Translations under genes and position numbers: made by a program
In this document: one piece after another, positions 1-12,569 of the stretch
How the letters are laid out: each line of letters starts with the position of its first letter
How positions within the stretch are numbered: the stretch's first letter is position 1
Assembly (NCBI GenBank): GCA_043228905.1
Contig: JBHGNT010000015.1
Span: 5,022,001-5,086,000 of the forward strand
Direction: 5' to 3'
Source: Azolla caroliniana
Lineage: Eukaryota > Plantae > Polypodiophyta
Length of the DNA: 64,000 bases
Notes under the pieces: model-generated
The model's input: the letters and a program-made list of their open reading frames with translations, nothing else
Told to the model about the DNA's origin: nothing
Databases searched by the model: none

Positions 1-3000
1 AATAAGAAGGACATGTGTAGACAACGAATAATTGGGGCAAGTACCAGATTCACCCTAAACACTTCTTGGAGATGACTGAGGTATTTCATTTTTTGATATC
101 AATTCACATTCCATAAATTTTTGTTTTGACGTAGTGTATATTAATGTTTGCTATATATTGGTTGATGTAGGCTGAATTATACATGAACTTTAAAGACCAA
201 CATCCAAGCATGACTGTTGGATTCTGTAAGTTCCAAGGTTTGAAACCATATTATGTTAGAAAATTAAATGAGAGGAATACATGTTGTTGTGTGTACCATG
301 TGAAGATGGACATGTTAAGGCTTGGAGTAAATGCAATGCGTACTGATTCTAAGGGTGTACACGGGGAATTATGTGTCTGCACTTGTGAGGTTTGTAGACC
401 AAATGGGGAGGATAATAGGTGTAATGCACGAAACATGACTTATGCATCCGTTTCTAAGCTATGGAGGTCTTGTGTATGTGAAAAAGAACCATCATGTCAG
501 TGGCATCGTCGTACATGTCTTTTAAGCATATGTAAGGTTTGTCCGCCACCATTATTTTGTAGATAGGAGCTTGATCTGGGAAACATTCATATTGTGAAAT
601 GGAAATATTAACTTGATTTGGGAAACAGCCATATTGTGAAATGGAAATATTTAGAGTATGTGTTTGAAAATATAGGCAAGGGACTTGTAACTAAGCGTAT
701 CAAGGAAGTATATAAGGAGACATGTGTTGCTACCCTTGTCTCAGAATTTAAGAAACAACTTGGGGAGTTCATTCCACATAACTTCCGGAGATTTTGGCAA
801 AATTCACAGTTCAAGGAATGTATTAATAACATACCACCGAGTGTCATTGTATCTGTTATTGACTTTGTAGAAAACTATACATTTAAAGTTTAAAATGAGG
901 TTCAATCAATGCATTGGTACAATGATCAATGCACAATACTTGTACATATTTGCTATTGGAGACAAGACAATGAGTTACATAAGAAATCAATATTTTACAT
1001 TTCAGATGATAAAAAACATGATACACTATTTGTTCAACATTGTTTTAAGCTTCACCATGCAAATTTATTGTCTCTAGGGTCTAGCTTTAACCATCATTGG
1101 GTTTGGTCTGGTGGTGTTGGCTCGCAGTTTATGGCGGCACAATCGTTCTACTTTATCGCCAAGTAATTTTTAATCGATATGTTGTAATTCTCCTACTTGT
1201 TAGGTTCAAAGTTTACATCTTAATATGGTACTCCCAATTGCGTTTGTACTAATTCTCTACACACTAACTATTTTAGTATTCTTGCAAGACAAGTGGGTAT
1301 TCTCCTATCATGTCACCTCCAACTTGGGTTTGTCTACCCTTGTGCATCAATACTATTTTATGTTTTCAGCTACATAAAAAACTCTTGATAGACAACACAA
1401 TACTATTCAAATAGTTGCCTGCATACTAATTATGCTTTTAACTATGTTAAGTGTTCTTGATTGATCACACACTCTCCTCCTTTCACGTGAATCTGTGTTT
1501 ATTATCTTTTAATCCATGTTAAGTGTTTTCCATAGACACATTGTACTATGTTGTGTGTTGTATTTGTACTAAATCATTATTTATTGAAGGATGTAAAGTA
1601 CTTGTCTTGTACTCATAATATTGTCCATTCTTAAGAGTTTACACTAATTATCTTTTAATCCATGTTGAGTGTTCTCCATGGACACATTGTACTGTACTCA
1701 GTGTTGTATCTATACTAAATTAGTATTTATTTAAGGTTGTAAAGTACTCGTCTTGTACTCATAATATTGTCCGTTCTTAAGAGTTTGTACTAATTATCTT
1801 TTAATCCATGTTGAGTGTTCTCCATGGACACATTGTATTGTACAGTGTGTTCTATCTGTACTAAATCAATATTTATTGAAGGATGAAAAGTACTCGTCTT
1901 GTACTCATCATATTGTCTGTTCTTAATAGTGTGTACTAATTATCTTTTAATCCATGTTAAGTGTTCTCCATGGACACATTGAATTGTATTGTGTGTTGTA
2001 TCTATACTAAATCAATATTTATTGAAGGATGTAAAGTACTCATCTTTTACTCATCATATTGTCCGTTCTTAATGGTTTGTACTAATTATCTTTTAATCCA
2101 TGTTGAGTGTTCTCCATGGATACATTGTATTGTACTGTGTGTTGTAACTGTACTAAATCAATATTTATTGAAGGATGTAAAGTACTCGTCTTGTACTGGT
2201 AGTATTGTCCGTTCTAAGGATTTTGTACTAATTATCTTTTAATCCATGTTGAGTGTTCTCTATGGACACATTGTACTGTACTGTGTGTTGTATATGTGCT
2301 AAATTAGTATTAATGGATGTAAAGTACTCGTCGTCAACAACATAGTACTGTCCAATATTGAACAATTTGTACTAATTATCTTTTAATACATGTACAATGT
2401 TCTCCATGAACACATTAAACTATGCTTTGTGTCGTATCCGTACTAATTTAGTATTAATGGATGTTAAGTACTATTGGTTGACAACATAATACTATTTATC
2501 TTTTAATAGGTCTAGAGTGTTCTCCACGGATAGATTGTGTTATGCTTTGTTTTGTATTTGTACTAAATCAGTATTAATAGATGTATAGTTCTCTTGATTG
2601 ACAACATAGTACTAATGTTTGTTGGAAACCTGGGATACAAAAGCAGGTACTTCTCCTTATTCAACATTTGTATGCAATGGAACTACTTCGGGTCTGGACA
2701 TGGAAAAGGAGAGCATGTGGCACAGGGGTTATGATCAAACGTGCTCTTACAAGTGAGTAGTTGGATAATAATGGTGCTAAGTTAAAAAATGCACATGATG
2801 TTGTGGAGTGGCTAACATGGAAGATGTCAAATGATGGTAAGAACATATTGTTTATTGAGGTTCACGCTAATGAGGTCGATAGAACTAAATCATATGGTTG
2901 TAAAATTGTGAAAGGCACACGCAACAACCACTATGTATTAGGGTTTAGCCTCAAGGATAAAACACAATTGCTACTCCGTACTTCATCATGTATTTGTTCC

Positions 3001-3522
3001 ATGTGTATAGATCAAGCTTGGGATGAATGCATCAACCTATCAATTGTGGAGCCCTAGAAGCTGCAGAAGCTTTAGCCTGAATGACAAGATGATATTGAAG
3101 AGGATGCACATTCAAACGATATTGTATACTACAACCAACGTCAAGACTTGGTAGGTTTATTGGAAGTTGGAGATCATTTTGCAGTGCTCAAAACTCCTCA
3201 AAATGAAGATTTAGAAGACTGCTACATTGTGGTGTGCAAGCAAGGGAAGACATTATTGAAAGAAGTGGTGAGGGATGGCTGGGGCAACATGTTCAATGTT
3301 GGTCAGTCTTTCGTGTATGGAAACTATTATGCAAAGTTGCCGCAGTGCCAGAACACATATGCAAGAACACCTACAACAATAATCTACATTGCTGCCATTG
3401 TTGTGATCAAGTTCAATATGACTCAAGCAAAGCACAAGGTTAAGGTATACTACACTGTCTACAAGGTCCCCCAAGAGGTTCATGAGCACATATTAGGGGT
3501 GGTCTCTCTGTTTAATGCTTGA
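1..3522 (+). pseudogene. Sola2-type DDD transposase pseudogene (exons <1..80, 171..1162, 2647..3522)
   Basis: Motifs: Cys-rich TCCCVYH...CxxC region, DF(V/A)ENY-QNEVQSMHW, ISDDKKHD, WS(D)G..QF, WNYFGSGHGKGEH(D)G..IKR, KGTRxxH, SCxCxxC. GT-AG introns at 81..170 and 1163..2646 are conserved in copy B. Contains in-frame stops and frameshifts. Confidence 0.8.
1480..2620. repeat. ~146-bp tandem repeat array inside transposase intron 2
   Basis: attatcttttaatccatgtt recurs at ~1501, 1647, 1793, 1939, 2086, 2231, 2375; units contain agtact/gtactaa motifs. Confidence 0.9.
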
Positions 3523-3790
3523 AAGTTACCCTATTAATACATTGTAGTTGGCAACTAAAAAACATCTGCTTGTAGTTCACTATTTGTACATTGGATCTAG
3601 ATCAGTTATTAATTTTGATGATTGACAAATGAATCGATATATTTCCTCTTTCTTCTAAAGTGTTTATAGTACTTATTGAGCTGGTTTTGTAAGTGTTCAT
3701 GGTAATTATAGATCTGCTTGTGTCTAGGGTTTAGGGTGTGAAGCCTTTATTCAAGTATCAATACTTAGTAGCATCAATATGGCCCAAACT

Positions 3791-4320
3791 TATTCAAGTA
3801 TCAATACCAATAGTCTAATCCCTATTGTGTTAAGTCTCTATTAAAGAGTTACTATGTGCACTTCTTGGAGACCATACTTCGCAAGTATCAATACAACCCA
3901 AACTTATTACAATATACATATTAGTTTAGCACTAATGTGAATGTCAAATGCTCACTAATACATAGTTATTCAAGTATCAATACCAGTAGTCTAATCCCTA
4001 TTGTGTTAAGTCTTTATTAAAGAGTTACTATGTGCACTTCTTGGAGACCTTACTTCGCAAGTATCAATACAACCCAAACTTATTACAATATACATATTAG
4101 TTTAGCACTAATGTGAATGTCAAATGCTCACTAATACATAGTTATTCAAGTATCAATACCAGTAGTCTAATCCCTATTGTGTTAAGTCTTTATTAAAGAG
4201 TTACTATGTGCACTTCTTGGAGACCTTACTTTGCAAGTATCAATACAACCCAAACTTATTACAATATACATATTAGTTTAGTACTAATGTGAATGTCAAA
4301 TGTTCACTAATACATAGTAG
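3791..4320. repeat. 176-bp tandem triplication between the two convergent genes
   Basis: tattcaagtatcaatacc at 3791, 3967, 4143; only a single unit in copy B (~32860..33010). Confidence 0.9.
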
Positions 4321-5231
4321 TCTCCCGAAGTATTAGTTAGACGGATACATACATCTTATTTTAGTACTAATATGAATGTTAAATGTTCCCTAATACACAA
4401 AAAGAGATAGTATCTCATTTGAAATCAACACAATCATGGCTGCATGACAATTGACGATAGAATACATTCTCATTCTCTACAATTAGCAGTTTAGAATTTC
4501 ACATTACGCTAACAACACTAGATGAGTAAAGTGGAGTCAATACAACATTTCACATTAGCAATTTGAAATATACTTTGATATTACAAATAGTTCAAGTATA
4601 GACATCACTAACAGTTTAGTTGTAGTTCAACACAATCATGGCTGCATGACAATTGACAATAGAATACATTGTCATTCTCTACAAATAGCAATATAGAATT
4701 TCACATTACATTAACAACAGTAGATGAGTGAGTTGGAGTCAATACAACATTTCACATTAGCAATTTAGACAATATTATGGTATTACAAATAGTTCAAGTA
4801 CAGACATCACTAACAATTCAGTAGTTGTTCAAGTACAAACTTCTCAATAGAAAGACAACCAGGCACCATGTCCCAACTTCGTCGATCTTGTAATGCGCTT
4901 GTTATTGGTGCATGTTTTTTGTGATTTTACATTCTTCTTTATCTTAAAGCCTTTAGGTATCTGGTTACTAAGTGGCTTTTCATCATCAGAGGCATCAGAG
5001 ATAGGGGTGGATGTACGGGCACCTTGTACTAGTGGCAAGCTTGAGAGAGCAGTTGTGTTTTTTGCAACTACAATGCTTCTACACACATTCACAAAGGTAC
5101 TATTGATAGTCAAATTAGCACTCATCTTGTTCTCCACATGTTGTTGCACCTGTATGTGGGTTGTGGTATTACTCATGGTCAACTCCTGGCTGGTGATGAT
5201 AGTGATGATATTCTTAAGACCATTGTGCTCC

Positions 5232-5695
5232 AAGTCTTTTTTGTTTTTTCTTATTTTTTATACTACTTTAGTATTTTTTTATCTTTGGCTCACCTAAAGG
5301 CTACAACTCACACGAAGTCATGTTTTATTAGCAATACATTGTCCATCAGGGCGTGTACCAAATGGTATGAGTGAGATACATGGACAGGAAGACGTCTAGG
5401 ACATGATGAAACTCGCACCACGTTCCATCATGCAACTTGTAGACAGGCTACATTTTACCTTCTTCATCGTCGAAACCGTCATTGTTGTCACCGTCACCAT
5501 CTTCGTCGTTGTCACTTACGGGCACAAACTGCCCTTCATTGTCACCATCTGCGTTGTCGCCACTATCTTCGCCGTCGTCACTTACGAGCACAAACCGCCC
5601 TTTTTAGGTACGACATGTATGTTGGTGCGGGGAGACTCGAACCTCCAACCTAACGGTTGGAGTGTCCCCCCATTACCATTAGACCAACACATCAC
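5232..5695 (-). mobile_element. tRNA-derived SINE inserted in the accessory gene of copy A
   Basis: Minus strand begins gtgatgtgtTGGTCTAATGG...GGTTCGAGTC (A and B boxes) and ends in an A-rich tail (5236..5280). It interrupts the repeat unit cattgtgctcc|gggtggtcttt and is absent from copy B. Confidence 0.7.
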
Positions 5696-7199
5696 GGGTG
5701 GTCTTTATTGCCCTTTCCTCATGGGTGATGCTAATATGCTCGTTCTCAGTACAATTAGGCTCATGTATGTGGGCTATAGCAGTAGTCATGGTGAACTCTT
5801 CTTGGATGTTGATAGTCACCTCATTGTTAAGACCATTGTGCTCCCCTTCTTGGGTGGTCTTTATTGCCCTATCATCATCAGTGATAGTCAGGCTCCTGTA
5901 TGTGGGGTGTGGCAGTACTTATGGTCAACTCTTGTATGGTGGTTGTCACCTTATTCTTAAGACAATCGTGCTCCCCTTCTTGGGTGGTCTTTATTGCCTG
6001 GTCCTCATCGGTGATGCTAGTATGCTCGTTCTTAGTACAATCAGGCTCCTCTTTAGTACTAGCGATAGTCTTTCCACAGTTCTCATGGGCTTCCTTAGAC
6101 AAATTGTTGTTTGGACATGCCAACTGCTCTTCAAATATGAATGCTTCCTTCTTTTCATAGTGCTCCTGTGTGGAAGATATGCTTCCGGAGTTTGCCTCCG
6201 TGTCTAGGTCAATCCTAGAATCTGACTTTGCACTTGTGCTCCACATCATTCCCGATTCATTTGATTGCAGTTGGGAATCAGACTACTCTTGTAAACCTAA
6301 ATAATGGGATCTCAGAGAATATTAGTATCAACTCACATACTCAAAAGTTTGCAAACATACCAACAACTATGCACATAGGGTTAATAGCCACATTTTTACC
6401 TATTGTTACATCATCATACTGTATAGTTGTAGACAACCCATTGCAAGTGGTAGGGTCAGCCATCTTGTCCACAACATCTAAGTGTGTTCATCAGATTTAG
6501 GAATGGTGCCAATTGCAGGTTGGAGCTCATTGTCAATAGAAGCTTTCATAATAGTATCTATAGAATGCACCAAAAGCACCACTATAATAGGGTTGTTATG
6601 ATCTAAATCATTGTTTTCTTAGAGGGCTTTTGACGTGTACCTGGGAGTGTGATAAATTTGTCTTCATGATCAGGCTTTGGACTCGTATCTCCCTCTCGAA
6701 AGATCATTTCGACATCAGCTAGTAACAAAAGTACATGGTATTAGACAATGCATTAGGTCGACAACTCTCCAGAAAGGTGAGAACATATATGACTCACCAT
6801 TGCATTCAACTCTGCCTTTCTTGCCCTTTCCATACAACTTTCTTGCAACATTCCTCTTCTTAGTGGGCTCTTTTTTAAAGGCATCAGGCATTTAACATAC
6901 ACACAAATGAGAAATAAGATGTGGAACCACAATTTTTGTTACCAGGATTGTTGTGATGTTGACTAGAGCTTCGGGAATTTGTCTGCAGAAGCATATGTTC
7001 CACTGTTCCAATGGTCATTCTCATACATTCATCTTCATCATAAAACTCATAGGTTACTCGTAATGAAGGTCCCTGAACCTTGGAATTTGCAACAGATACC
7101 GAGGGTTAAGGCACATGAGCTGGTTGTTCCATTAACTTCCCTGGCGTGGAGTTGCTTGACACTACAACATTCATTGCAAGAAACAAAAAAACCTTCAAC

Positions 7200-8340
7200 G
7201 TTAGTACTGTGATATTAAAAATACAATGTACGTCACAAGAACTGTAGTACTAAATCATCAGGCTACACCTAGTTCCCATATTACAAAACTAGTACTAATC
7301 ATGAACACTATAAACATTAGTACTGTGATATAAAAAATACAATGTAGGTCACTAGAGTTGCAGTACTAAATCATCAGGCTACACCGAGTTCCCATATTAC
7401 ACAACTAGTACTAATCGTGAACAATGTACTACTCACCTAGTTCCCATATTACACAACTAGTACTAATCGTGAACAATGTACTACTCACCTAGTTCCCATA
7501 TTACACAACTAGTACTAATCGTGAACAATGTACTACTCACCTAGTTCCCATATTACACAACTAGTACTAATCGTGAAAAATGTACTACTCACCTAGTTCC
7601 CATATTACACAACTAGTACTAATCGTGAACAATGTACTACTCACCTAGTTCCCAAATTAAACAACTAGTACTAATCGTGAACAATGTACTCCAAGTATAG
7701 TGTGTACTACACTAGTACTGGGCAAGTTGTAATATAGGTTGGACTGACATCTAATCAAGCAAATACATCTAAACAACTCCCTACTTTAGTACTAAAGTGG
7801 TATTTTGCACCCAAGTAATACTAATCGTGATATGTGTTCTACACACCTAATTTCCTAATTACACAAACAGTACTAATCTTCTGCAATTTACTACACACCA
7901 TGATCCCAAATTACATAACTAGTACTAATTGTGAACAATGTACTACAGAACTAATTCCCAAATTACACAAATAGTACTAATAATGAACAATGAACTACAA
8001 GTATAGTGTGTACTAAACTAGTACTAGGCAAGTTGTAATATAGATTGGACGAACAACTTATCCAACAAATACATCTAAACAACTTCCTTCTTTAGTACTA
8101 AAGAGGTATTTTAGATACAAGTAGTACTAATTGTGATATGTGGTCTACACTCCTAATTCCCAAATTACATGAATAGTACTAATCGTTAACAGTGTACTAC
8201 ATACCTTGTTCAAATTAAATAACTAGTACCAATCCCGAACAATGTCGCACATGGTTCCCAAATTACTCATATAGTACTAATTCTGGAAAATATCCGTTCA
8301 ACTACCCATACTAATTATATATTAAGAGTACTACACACCT
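7200..8340. repeat. 52-bp tandem array (plus degenerate higher-order units) in an accessory-gene intron
   Basis: cctagttcccatattacacaactagtactaatcgtgaacaatgtactactca repeated at 7436, 7488, 7540, 7592, 7644; core CTAGTACTA. Confidence 0.92.
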
Positions 8341-10572
8341 ATCAGGATGTGATGAATGCACCAATACTAACCCACATAAATAGGCTTCCACATATTAGTT
8401 GTTGGAGGTACACTAGTATTAATCCATTGTTTTCCTAATTTGAAGTATGAATTATGGCCTACACCAGTTCTAAACCAAATGTAAATTGACATCATATAAT
8501 ACAAACAATAGAATAGTAGAGCCACATACCATACAGGTGTATTTTTAAGCCGCAAGCATAGTACCATTCAGCAACAACTGTAGTTTTATAGTCCATAAAT
8601 GTATTTTCTTTCTCAAAATGATACTTAGCACATAGCACATGATATGTGTGCAAATACGGTGTAATCTCAACATCCATAGCCTCAAGCGCGTAAGGTTCTC
8701 GGAATGCAGCTTTAAAGCTGACAACTTATTATCTAGTTCGCAATGTGCATTTCTGCAAGTATCAAGGTCTCTCATTTGTGATCCTAATTGAGTGCCCATA
8801 TTGTTCAGCTCTTTCTTCAACTCACTTTCTCAATTTTGGATTGTCGATGCAATCCATTCATATGTAGTCTTTATTGAAGAGAATTGCTTTTCTACCAGTA
8901 TCTCAACTGATTTAACTACTTCCAAATCAGCAAGCAGTGCTTGTATTCTTGAGCTCATGGAAGCTATGCAACCAGCCATCATCTGTTCATGCTTTTCATT
9001 CATTGTGGCCCTTAGTTTTGCAAATTGAACTTGCTGGATAGGTGTCATAGCCGGAATATCCACATGAGAGGTTCCCGATGACGTCAAGCCAGTGTTGGTA
9101 CTGGAGGACCCTCTATAATGTTCTGATCGGTGACAATTAAAATCTTCCCAATCTACATCGATGGCACCCTGAACTTCACATGCAAATGCACGTGCAAAAA
9201 TAGTACCCACCTCATTGTAACAGATTTGATTAGTATCATAAACATGTTCATATCTCATCTTCAATAAGTTCACATATTCCTTCTTCAACCCACTTATGTG
9301 GAATCCTCGCCTTTTATCAGGATGTAGTGACCTCTAGGTTTTTATCAACCACTCTCTCAACTCTTCATAAACTTCAGGTCTTGCTTGAAGGAAATAACGT
9401 CATCTGAGAGGTGTGTCTCGAATGATGGAGTGGCACATCTTCTTCCTCTGAGTTTAAGAGTTCATCACCCTTTCTCTTCTGGGTGTCTTCTTGCTTTCTT
9501 TGATAGGCGTCCTTTTTCTTTCCTTAACTGGTGTCTTCACTTTCTCTTTCACCAATGTCTTCTTTATGGGTGTCCTTCTCGTCATTGTCCTGGTCTTCAC
9601 TATTCTTGTTGAAAGAATATGCGTGTACAAGAATAAAACTCAACAAAATACCATCAACAACCAGCAAATCATCAAAGCCATCACAATCTAAGTTGCATGT
9701 AGAAGCCATGTCAAACACACACAAACCCTAAACAGTCGAACAAAAACTCATCCATCTCAAACATACACAACATAAAAACACACGGACATGAAACACAAAG
9801 AATACGAAAACATACCAGTTGGACATGCAACACAAAGAATATGAAAAATCAAGCCCTAAACCGTAAATGATGCACAGAGAATACTTGGAGGTCATACAAG
9901 TTGCAGAGGTACCACATCATGATGATGTATTCACCTTGGGAGCATATGAACTAGTACTAATCACCTATATGCAAGAGGTTGTTGACAAGGTCGTGTAGAG
10001 GAGACAAACGAGCATACATATAGTTAAGAGATAATAGGGAAATAGCAAGAACAACGAGCATAGAGGGGAAACAACAATCTTTGCATATACAGAGTTCAGA
10101 GATCGTAGGGGAACAGGCAGAAAAATCACGCACTAAGAGAACACAACAAGAATAACGTGGGGAAACAGACAATCAAAGGTGGAGTGACAAAGAGCAAGAG
10201 AGAAAGAGATAGGTAGGTAATATACATGCAAAATTGATAGAAACTTTCTACCACTATTCGACTGACAACTTTGAGACAGAAGAGATAGAGAGAGAGAGAC
10301 TGACCAACTCACATGTTCGAAACCTTCTCTAGGTCTGCTTTTGTACAACTCTACCTAGGAGAATGAAGTTATAGTTAATGTATTAAATATGGCCTTGGGA
10401 CACTTCGATTGTGACTTATAAGATCTTTGTACATTGGTATTGAATTTGTTATTTGAATTTGAACCTCATTCAATGGATGATAATCCACTATTTTCTGCAG
10501 TAATTGTTTTATTTTCAATTTTTTATGTTTATTTTCTTCCTCGATTTAGTACTAAATTTTTGGCCAAAACTT

Positions 10573-10598
10573 GGTACACCGTAGCATGCTTCCACCCT
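10573..10598 (+). repeat. 3' terminal inverted repeat of Sola2-like copy A
   Basis: Near-identical to 42750..42777; the last bases are degenerate (ccctag versus cccctc). Confidence 0.7.
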
Positions 10599-11375
10599 AG
10601 CCGAAAATAGTCTTCCTTCTTCTCTCTTTCTTCTACAAAGCTTCTTCTCACTTTTTCTAAGCTTTTCATTCCTCCACCCCCTAATTTCTAAGAATGCCTT
10701 CCTATTTATAAGTTTTTGGTTGTGTTATTCTCACGTTTTTCTTTTCTTTCTTTTTACATATCCTCAACTTTATGTGAGGCGTTTTTTATATCACTACTTC
10801 AGCTTTGCCATCTCAAATTTTCAGAGAAGAAAGCCCTCTTTGTCAGCTTTCTCATAAAGTGTTTTTTTTAAATTTTGGATATGAGATGAAGAAGTTACGA
10901 GCTTTTTTCTCTACCTTTTTCTGCGTTTTCTTTTTTTTCTCTTTTTTCCTACTTTTTTATTTTTTAAAAACGCCTCTAAATTTATATCCCTTAAATTTCA
11001 TTCATCTTTGAACTCTTGAACCTTTCATATTGGGCTTTATTCTTATACACCTTAGCATCCAATTTATTTGTCATGGTCTTTTCTTACGAGCAAAAATTGA
11101 CTTCACATTCCTTGCTTGTTGAGTGAACTATTTATGGTGAGCCTAAAAAAGAAAAAGAGGAAAAAAATCCTCATGGTAGGCTATAGACAAAGAAGGATTA
11201 TAAATACTAAAAATATATCAAATTATTGTGTGAGAAAAAAACCCTGTTAAGCGGTAAGAAAAAAATCTCACACTCAACACAACCAGATAGACACATTCAC
11301 AATCTCCATGACCATCTTTCTCCTTGTCAACACAAAGAACGAGGTTACTACAATTATTATGTCTTCGTTAACTCT

Positions 11376-12569
11376 TCAAACACAAGTAGGGCCATGTGTA
11401 ACATAACTCTTGATAGAGGTGAGCATGTCAACACATACATACTTAGATTGAGACACATAAATACATCCATTACTCTTAGCCTGAGTTATACGCATTTCAA
11501 GGATGTGTTTAGCATTTCCCAAAGTTTTCATATCGAAGGTTTGACTCATATTCTTCTTTAGTTTGGACAATTCATCCTTCTTCTTACCGACGATGAGCAT
11601 GTCATCTACATAGAGTATCAAAATCACATATGAGTCATCTATACATTTCTTCATATGTAAGCATGAGTCTTCATTACTCCTAGCATAACTTTGGGACCTC
11701 ATAAAACTATCGAATTTGTGATACCATTTTCAAGGTGATTGCTTACGACCATATAAAGTTTTCTTAAGTTTACATACCAAAGTCATTTTCCCATAAACTT
11801 CAAAACCCTTTGGTTGCTCCATATAGATCTCTTCATTGAGATCACCATGCAAGAAAGAAGTTTTTACATCCATTTGAAATAAATCAAGATCATTTTCTAT
11901 AACCAATGTAAGAATAATGCGTGGCATAGTCATCTTGACTACAGGAGAGACGATTTCTCTAAATCGACTCCTTGTTCTTGTTTCAAACCATTTGCCACAA
12001 TTTGAGCTTTATACTTGGGATGAACACTATCAGATGTGTATTTGTACTTATACACCCATTTACATGGTAGTCCTTTTGGCAAAGACACTAAATCCCAAGT
12101 TCCATTCCTATGGATACTGTCCAACTCATTTTGCATTGCTTGTTTCCATTTACCATGATCATTGATAGATGTGACTTCATTGTAACATGAAGGTTGACTG
12201 ACATCTAATACCATTACATAATCAACAAATTTACTATGTGCTTTGGAGATGTGCGTAGATCTCCTCAATGATTCTTGAACCTGAATACCATCAAGTTGTG
12301 CATGAGAAACTTCATTCTGAGTAGACTCTTACAGAAAATCATCATTTTGCACACCATCATGCTGAGCATCATCATTTTGACTAGTAATAGTTCTTTAAGA
12401 CTGAACACATTTAGAAGCATCTACATCAATAACTTGATTTTTCTATTTTACATCAACAGAAGGCACAATATCATTAAAGATAACCTTTCTCACTTCTACC
12501 TCCTTTACAGACTATTTAGGCATTTTGTTCTCATAAAAGACAACATCACTATTTTTGACCATAATACGT
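11376..12569 (-). mobile_element. Old Ty1/Copia (element O), RT segment
   Basis: ORFs with LYVDDML, QMDVKTSFLHGDL..IYMEQPKGF and WDLVSLP..CKWVYK; same family as the copy at 50060..52850. Confidence 0.9.

Larger units (their letters stand above)
4844..9600 (-). pseudogene. Accessory (second) gene of the Sola2-like element, multi-exon, unknown function
   Basis: Minus-strand ORF pieces ~9300..9600 (Lys/Arg-rich), 8830..9288 and 8545..8820 (predicted helical/coiled-coil), ~6790..6890, 5878..6249 and 4844..5233 (low complexity, ends SDASDDEKPLS...KKNVKSQK..KRITRS). The 3' part is conserved in copy B (31089..32295). Exon boundaries only partly resolved. Confidence 0.6.
1..10598 (+). mobile_element. 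Sola2-like DNA transposon, copy A (5' end lies upstream of the window; decayed)
   Basis: Transposase relic at 1..3522. Colinear homology with the inverted copy at 31077..42777. 3' terminal motif ggtacaccgtagcatgcttccaccct (10573..10598) matches the terminus of copy B (42750..42777). Confidence 0.75.

Noticed and set aside
5620-5695. tRNA gene
   Set aside because: A/B boxes are present but there is no convincing acceptor or anticodon stem, and it is followed by a body and A-rich tail, so it is a SINE head.
5403-6207. Hydrophobic plus-strand ORFs resembling membrane proteins
   Set aside because: Antisense shadows of the accessory gene and the SINE; not conserved as ORFs in copy B.
7380-7700. 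Regular short repeats resembling a CRISPR array (also 41815..42205)
   Set aside because: Head-to-tail units with no unique spacers, no cas genes, and a eukaryotic context.
10600-11370. Possible additional repeat or Copia O 3' LTR
   Set aside because: Looks repetitive, but no termini, TSD or internal match could be established by eye.
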